Below are positions 56,555 through 64,000 of a stretch of 64,000 bases of DNA, piece by piece (the stretch's first letter is position 1; every line of letters begins with the position of its first letter). This DNA is from Octopus vulgaris. Lineage: Eukaryota. The notes under the pieces were generated by a model. That model worked only from the letters and a program-made list of their open reading frames with translations. It was not told where the DNA came from and ran no database searches. The translations under genes and the position numbers were made by a program. Where the stretch lies: NCBI GenBank assembly GCA_951406725.2, contig OX597816.1:26970001-27034000 (forward strand), read 5' to 3'.

Positions 56555-57512
56555 ATATGGTGTGGTGAATAAATTGTCGTCTAAATTACGAAAAAATGGA
56601 AATAACACAGACATCTCATTTTAACAGATATATTTACCAAAATTGCATAAAACTATTTTGAAATACTAAGGAGTAAACTTATTCAATAAAATCGCCATTG
56701 GCTTCAATCACAGTCTCCAGACGACTTCGGAATCTCCTGCAACTCTTCTGGGATTTCCGTGTTTAAGTTGGTGAATGGGTGAATGCTACCATAATCCTTA
56801 CCTTCAGTTCATCTTTGGTGTTACAAAGAGTTTTGTTGGTCTCTCGCTCAACTACACCCTTCATATAATAATCAAAGGGGTTGCAGTCTTGGGAGTTAGG
56901 TGACCAGATGTTAGAAGTAATGTAATCGCAGAAATTGTATGACAGCTATAATTGGGTTCTCCTGCTTGTGTGGTATGGTGTAGAGTCCTGTTGCCAGATA
57001 TAGGGTCTTCCAGCAGCCACCCTCTTGACCCAGGGCAGCACTACCTCCATCAGGTTCTTGATATAGGCCTCTGTATTGAGTCTGTATGGGAAGATGAATG
57101 GAGGCATAACATCGCCATCACTAGTGATCACTCCAAACACCATGATGTTGACTGGATGTTTCATTTTTATCTATCTCGGTACGTGTTTTGGAAACACGGC
57201 AAGCCAACAGTTGTTCTGTGTGTTCACCATCTGATATTGGCAGAATTTTTTCTTGTCTGACAAAATCCAAAGGATGTTCGGTTGGAGTGGATACTCTTTA
57301 CTCTCTCTTTACTCTTTTACTTGTTTCAGTCATTTGACTGCGGCCATGCTGGAGCACCACCTTCAGTCGAGCAAATCGACCCCGAGACTTATTCTTTGTA
57401 AGCCCAGTACTTATTCTATCAGTCTCTTTTGCCGAACCGCTAAGTGACAGGGACGTAAACACACCAGCATCAGTTGTCAAGCAATGCTAGGGGGACAAAC
57501 ACAGACACACAA

Positions 57513-57606
<94 letters not shown>

Positions 57607-58175
57607 CCCTATACATACACACGTCCAGACCCGCATACGCACTTATATACTCTCTCTCACACACACACAGACACCTATACATACCAATACGTACTAATAC
57701 ATACTAATACATACTAATACATACATCAACCCCATACATACGCACGTCCAGACCAATCTTACGCACTAATACTCTCTCATACACACACACACACACACAC
57801 ACACCCTTATACATACTAATACATACACCAACCCTATACATACACACATCCAGACCCCTCCCACGCACTTTTAGCTGGTCCCTCAACCCTTTTATCAACC
57901 CTATTATCTCCCCTTATTTCGCTCTCGCGTCTCATGTTTGATCTTTGACCTCTGGCCGAAATCAGATCGCCATGTTGATTCGTTAGCTACTGCACGCATT
58001 TTTTTCTCTCCTTCTTTCTGTGTTTTTCTCTCTCTGTGTATCTTTCTGTTGAAGAGCGTAGGCTCGAAACGTTAAAGACTTGTTTTATTTATATTTCCTG
58101 AGCGCCATACTAATACAATTGTTCGTTTGTTTTCCACCTGCCTTCGTCTTTTGTTTATTTTCATAAAGCCTCCCG

Positions 58176-58220
<45 letters not shown>

Positions 58221-58947
58221 TACGACAGACTTCTTTCAGTTTCTGTCTACCAAATCCACTCACAAGGCATTGGTCGGCCCGGGGCTATAGTAGAAGACAC
58301 TTGCCCAAGATGCCACGCAGTGGGACTGAACCCGGAACCATGTGGTTGGTAAACAAGCTACTCACCACACAGCCACTCCTGCTTGAGTTTGTTCAAAAGC
58401 TTCGTAGCAGCGGTCTTTCCACTTGTCTTTGATGGTTTGGGATAAAAATTGGCCCTTTTTCATCTTGTATGAGGAATACCGAATGTCTTCATGCACTAAC
58501 TGCCTGATAAGAAACTCAGACACTCCAGTGTTCCTGGCGATGGACCTCGTTGACTTGGAGGGAATGTTGTCAATCATGGTCTGGATCTCACCAACAAACT
58601 AATGAGTTCTTTTCTTATTAGAACGATCAGAGTGAGTTTTCCGAGCTGCCGTACCTTCGTAATTACCATTAGACTCATCCAACTCTTTCTGAATCCTGTG
58701 CACTGTCCTCAGATTGACACCCAAACACTTTGAAATGTTCATATTGGAGCTTCCAGTGCGAATGCCAAGCACTACAGCATGTCGTTTCCAAGTTTCTGGC
58801 AGAGTGAATTGCATCATGGGGCTGTTTTTCTCACAGATGGTGCTCAACTGACCCTACTATACTGTGTAGTTAACGAAATAAAAAACAAACAATGCTCATG
58901 CACGAAATAAAAAATATAAAATGGTGACAATTTACCCATCGCACCCT

Positions 58948-58948
<1 letters not shown>
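56555..58948 (-). mobile_element. Degenerate maT (DD37D)-type transposon split by a family-A SINE (57292-58383) that itself holds an insert
   Basis: MMQFTLPETWKRHAV..., KHPVNIMVFGVITSDG, WQQDSTPYHTS, WSPNSQDCNPFDY; imperfect TIR ..AAATTGTC.. Confidence 0.82.
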
Positions 58949-58997
<49 letters not shown>

Positions 58998-58999
58998 AT

Positions 59000-59675
59000 A
59001 ATAAAAAAATATCAACCTTTACAAGCTCGAATGAACATAAAACGATGTTTTATGTTCATTGGAGCTTGTAAAGGTTGATATTCTTTATTAATTGACATTT
59101 TTATGTTTCAGGTTCTACATGTGACTTTTTAATCATGTCATGTACAAAAGAAGCCTTGGAACTGTCTAAAGTTTAAAGATGCCATATTGTGGGTCAATCT
59201 GCAGGTAAACAGCGCAAAATCGCAGAAAACTTTGTGACCCCACTTTCTACAGTTAATAGAGTGATTGTGCAATTCACAAGACAGAGAAAGAAGTCCACAT
59301 CACCTCGCCCAGTTGACCAGGGCTCTCTGACAGGACCCTTCTCTTTGTTAAGAGAAGTGTGGTGGATAATCCTCGTTCTAAGTCCTCTGACATTGCAGAA
59401 CACGTTATGTCAGTTCCAGAAGAGCTTTTAGGTATCTCCACAAACTTGGAGCAGCAAGAAGGAAGCCACTTATTTGACCAGCCAATATCAAGCGGGTTGG
59501 TCAGTGAAATGGTGGAGAGGCCACCAGCATTTAGGGGTACTGTCATGTTCTCCAATGAGTCCAGATTTCCTGTATTTTCTGACCGTGGTCGAGTGTTGGT
59601 CAGGAGATTCTTGATCAAGAATTTGACGTGAAAAGATTGCAGCCAATAATGAAACATGGCAGCTATACTGTGATG

Positions 59676-59746
<71 letters not shown>

Positions 59747-60293
59747 TGTGTGCGTGTGTGTGTGTGAAATTTGGAGCAATGAGAGCTGGTGGAGTGTGAG
59801 GGAAACATAATCTCAGATAAATATGTCCATATTTCAGAAAGGACTCCTTCCAATGTTCTCCAGTGGTGAAATGATTAAAGAAGACTTTATTTATGGAAGA
59901 TGGGACTCCTTGTCACATGGCTAAAATGGCCCAAGATTTGTTGGATGAGAATGGCATTAAAAAGCTTCCATGGCTAAGCCTGTCACTAGATATGGATTCT
60001 ATTGAACACCTCTGGGACAGAATGGGCAGGACACTTCATAAAGAGAACAAGAAAGCATCTTCAAAGCCAGATCTTTTGAGATTATTGCATGAAATTTGGC
60101 AAGAAATTCCTCAAGAGAATATTCGTCATCTGATCATTAACATGCCTAACAGGGTCCTTGCATTGAAAAGTGCAAGGGGTATGCCTACTAAATATTAAAT
60201 ATTCACATTATAACAATTAATAAATAATTTGAATGTATAATTTCAGATTTGAATAAATTTTACTGATTATAAGGGCGTCCATTTACTTCTGTC

Positions 60294-60300
<7 letters not shown>
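59000..60300 (+). mobile_element. Degenerate Tc1 (DD34E) transposon
   Basis: VMFSNESRF, MEDGTPCH...W...SLDMDSIEHLW...MPNR....ARGMPTKY. Confidence 0.85.
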
Positions 60301-60328
<28 letters not shown>

Positions 60329-60379
60329 TGTGTATGTGCGCGCGCGCGTGTAATGAATGAAACAAAAGAATAAACATTT

Positions 60380-61562
60380 CTTCTGTTGTCCCATCAGACA
60401 TCTCTGCGTGGACACTTATTTTTATTCGGAACGATTCCGTTAAAGGACCTCTTACATCACCTTATTCTGGACCTTATCGTGTGCTGTCGCATTCACCAAA
60501 AAACTTCATAGTCGACGTTAACGGTCGAAAAGAAACAATATCCATCTACAGAAGAAACAATATCCATCTTTCTCAGAAAATCTCATTCCAGAACCTGACA
60601 TACCACGTACATTTACTCCTACACAAACACCGCCACATGCACCGCAAACACAACATACCTCTAAACCTTACACCACAAGAAGTGGCAGAAAAGTACATTA
60701 GCCACAAAAATTATCCAGAACCATTTATATTTAACCTTGTGTTACAAAAAAAAAAACTGCTTGCTGTTTCTTTTACAAAAAAACGTTTATTCAAAAACAT
60801 TTTTCCCATGCACGTTTCACATTGCATTTTTCCTATTGCCATATTTTGCATTTAGTTTGATGTGCATAGCTGTGTAGTTAAAGGTTTACTGCACCAAACT
60901 CTGCAATTATATTCAATACCTATCATGATGCATTTATTGATTTTCTCTTATTTTGCTAGTTGTTTTGCAAGCACATGTTTCTGCTACATCGTTTTGCTTC
61001 GCACCTGCCCTTAATCACTACAATGATTTTGCTTATCGACTTCTCGTCTGAGGAGGGAATTATGTTGTGACCCCCTGGCGGTCAAGCAGGAAAGCAAAAC
61101 GAAAAAGGGATCTAATGAGAGTAATCTCCCTCGACCTTTTCAAAAATTCTCGAATATTCTAGAGGCTTTCAATTAACTTCCGGGTGACGTGGAAGTTAGG
61201 GGTTGCCAGTTCATCCCTTATATAAAGCAAACGCAATTCTAAATTCGTACGCCTTTTGCCTGTCGGTTCCTAAGCGTACACAGTGAGCCACGCCACTCGC
61301 ACACCCCGTCGCACGCGCGCATATTCGCCTCATTTGCTTTGAGACATGTGGTTGCAAAGTATATTCATGTAATATCTTACAAGCGTTTTCTTTCAAACGA
61401 TTCCTTTTATGTTAACGCATTACATCCAGTAATAAATATGTTATGACTTATGAACGTCTCGTAAGTTCTTATTTTTCTCGACGTTTTACGTACAAGATGG
61501 TAACCCCTCTTTCTCGCATGCAATTGCAAAATTGTAGGTTGTCACATACTGACATCACTACA
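60380..61562 (+). mobile_element. Gypsy 3' end: integrase C-terminus, PPT and 3' LTR (61063-61562)
   Basis: FIRNDSVKGPLTSPYSGPYRVL (GPY module); PPT GAGGAGGGAA; LTR TGTTGTGA...TCACTACA containing TATAAA and AATAAA. Confidence 0.78.
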
Positions 61563-61611
61563 GTTCAATACCCAGTATGTTCTAAGGGAATTTCATTCCC
61601 CCCAAAATACC

Positions 61612-61683
<72 letters not shown>

Positions 61684-61706
61684 AGAAGCAACAAGAATGG
61701 ATTGGT

Positions 61707-61796
61707 TTTTAGTACAATTGTTTCATACAAAGACAGGCTTTATTACAAGTTGCAAAAATTGCAGCAGATAAAAGTGTCCCGTACTCATCAGCTAAA
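61707..61796 (-). ncRNA. Type I hammerhead ribozyme (left arm of palindrome)
   Basis: Reverse complement of 62127-62217. Confidence 0.72.
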
Positions 61797-62126
61797 ATAT
61801 ATTTGAGTTCTCTAGACATCTTAGTGGGTGAGGTTATACTCATGAGATATTGGAAATAGTTCCATTAGAGGCAGATATAGGTTGTAAACAGTTTTCCAAA
61901 GTTCCTTAATGATGATGCACAGTCTTATCACAGATTTAAAAAAAAACTTATTAGTTTTTCTCTTCGAAACTAATAAGTTTTTTTAAAAATCTGTGATAAG
62001 ACTGTGCATCATCATTAAGGAACTTTGGAAAACTGTTTACAACCTATATCTGCCTCTAATGGAACTATCTCCAATATCTCATGAGTATAACCTCACCCAC
62101 TAAGATGTCTAGAGAACTCAAATGTA

Positions 62127-62217
62127 TTTTAGCTGATGAGTACGGGACACTTTTATCTGCTGCAATTTTTGCAACTTGTAATAAAGCCTGTCTTTGTATG
62201 AAACAATTGTACTAAAA
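62127..62217 (+). ncRNA. Type I hammerhead ribozyme (right arm of palindrome)
   Basis: Helix I TTTTAG/CTAAAA; CTGATGA 62133-62139; helix II GTACGGGAC/GTCTTTGTAT; GAAAC 62200-62204; ACAATTGT palindrome; GTA site 62209-62211. Confidence 0.75.
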
Positions 62218-62363
62218 ACTAATCCATTCTTGTTGCTTCTTTCTCGTTTATAATCACCCCACATTACTGTATGGATAACACCATATAGTTTTTCTGGTGC
62301 ATCTAAGTTAAGTACCACATTCAAGTAAATTCATTGGAAGTTACTTGAATCTTAATTGCTTTG

Positions 62364-62432
<69 letters not shown>

Positions 62433-63002
62433 GTAAAAAAATATACAAACTGGGACAAGAACGTGAAACATTTAGAAGACGACACAAAAAACACGGACGG
62501 GACATTCGAAGCCCTCAATCATCAGTCAAGAACCGGATCATCTTCGCAATTTCGGCTGATTAATCTTGAGATTGCTCCGATCTGGGCAGCCCCCAAGGGA
62601 AATCTAAGCCAAGCGCATTAGATTCCTTGGAAGAAAGCCTCGAGCAAATCTAAGACCAGAGATCACCTAAGATCATAATTTTTTAAGATAGAATAGATTT
62701 GAGGAAGATTGATTACTATTTCTAGACTAAATTAGGGAGCTGAGTTGGGGGAAGGGGTAAAGTTGTTTGAATAAATCTATTTCTAACATTGGTACAAGTC
62801 CACAAATTTTGGTGCGGGGAGGTGAGCGATCGATGAAATCGATCATAGTATTTGACTGTTACCATGTTTTACCAAGTCCAGAAGGATGAAAGGTACAGTT
62901 AACTTTGGCGGTAGTTGAACTCAGAACTTAAAGGGTCTGTAATGCATTCATTCCGATGTTCTACCGACTATTCTAAATCGCTAACTCGTGTGTGAAAAGA
63001 CC

Positions 63003-63200
63003 TACTCTTTACTCTTTTACTTGTTTCAGTCATTTGACTGTGGCCATGCTGGAGCACGCCTTTAGTCGAGCAAAATCGGCCCAGGACTTATTCTATCATT
63101 CTCTTTTGTTGAACCGCTAAGTTACAGGAACATAAACACACCAGCATCAGTTGTCAAGTGAAGTAGGAGGGACAAACACACACAGACACAGACACACACA

Positions 63201-63237
<37 letters not shown>

Positions 63238-64000
63238 ACACACACACATACATATATATATCTACATACATATATATAAGATACTTGCCCAAGGTGCCAC
63301 GCAGTGGGACTGAACCTGGAACCATGTGGTTCGTAAGCAAGCTACTTACTACACAGCCACTCCTACGCCTACTGTGAAAAGCATTCCAGTCATGACAATC
63401 TAGTATAAACAAAAACAATTTGTGTAATTTGTGAGAGACTTGGCTGTTATTTCTAGCAGGCTGGGTGACTAATTAGAAGTGCTCCCGTTGGTTCGTGATT
63501 ATGGTAGGGGAAGACATGTAAGAGATAGAGTCAACCCTCAGATATTGGTTTCAAAATTTTGCTACAAGCCAGCAATTTCGGGGCCGAGATAAATCGATTA
63601 CATCGACTCCAGTACTAAACTGGTACTTATTTTATCGACTCCGAAAGGATGAAAGGCAAAGTCGACCTCGGCAGAATTTGAACTCAGAACGTAAAGACGG
63701 ACGAAATGCCGCTAAGCGTACTAACGATGTTGTCAGCTTGTCGCCTTAGTCAACTGTAAGATATTACTAGTATACTCTTATTCTTTTACTCTTTTACTTG
63801 TTTCAGTCATTTGACTGCGGCCATGCTGGAGCACCGCCTTTTAGTCGAGCAAATCGACCCCGGGACTTATTCTTTTTGTAAGCCCAGTACTTATTCTATC
63901 GGTCTCTTTTTGCCGAACCGCTAAGTAACGGGGACGTAAACACACCAGCATCGGTTGTCAAGCAATGCTAGGGGGACAAACACAGACACACAAACACACA
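63003..64000 (-). mobile_element. SINE cluster: family A 63003-63369, family B 63540-63746, family A 63773 to window end
   Basis: Family consensus motifs. Confidence 0.88.

Overview
AT-rich, extremely repeat-dense animal genomic DNA. The tRNA-derived SINE families with internal (TA)n/(CA)n tracts and AAAAGAGT tails, the RTE 3' tails ending in (GAT)n and the microsatellite load look like a coleoid cephalopod (Octopus-like); this is inferred, not verified. Nearly all ORFs in the supplied track are SINE or microsatellite artefacts. One host exon is supportable: a minus-strand first coding exon (17454-17624, 57 codons, AAG|GTGAGT donor) with a PCNA-interacting box QVTISRFF at residues 21-28, the same position as in human MSH3, downstream of an ETS/E2F/YY1-type promoter. 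The CpG-poor ~17 kb to its left is probably its intron. The rest is nested transposon debris: RTE, CRE and R4-like LINEs, a young non-autonomous LTR element with a tRNA-Trp PBS, a Gypsy 3' end, Tc1/mariner/maT, Chapaev3-like, piggyBac-like, Helitron and Merlin-like MITEs carrying TTAGGG repeats. The most notable signal is a set of type I hammerhead ribozyme motifs in Penelope-like repeats: three with intact cores (two of them in one ~560-bp palindrome) and several core variants. These repeats repeatedly sit in (TA)n tracts, including tracts inside SINEs.
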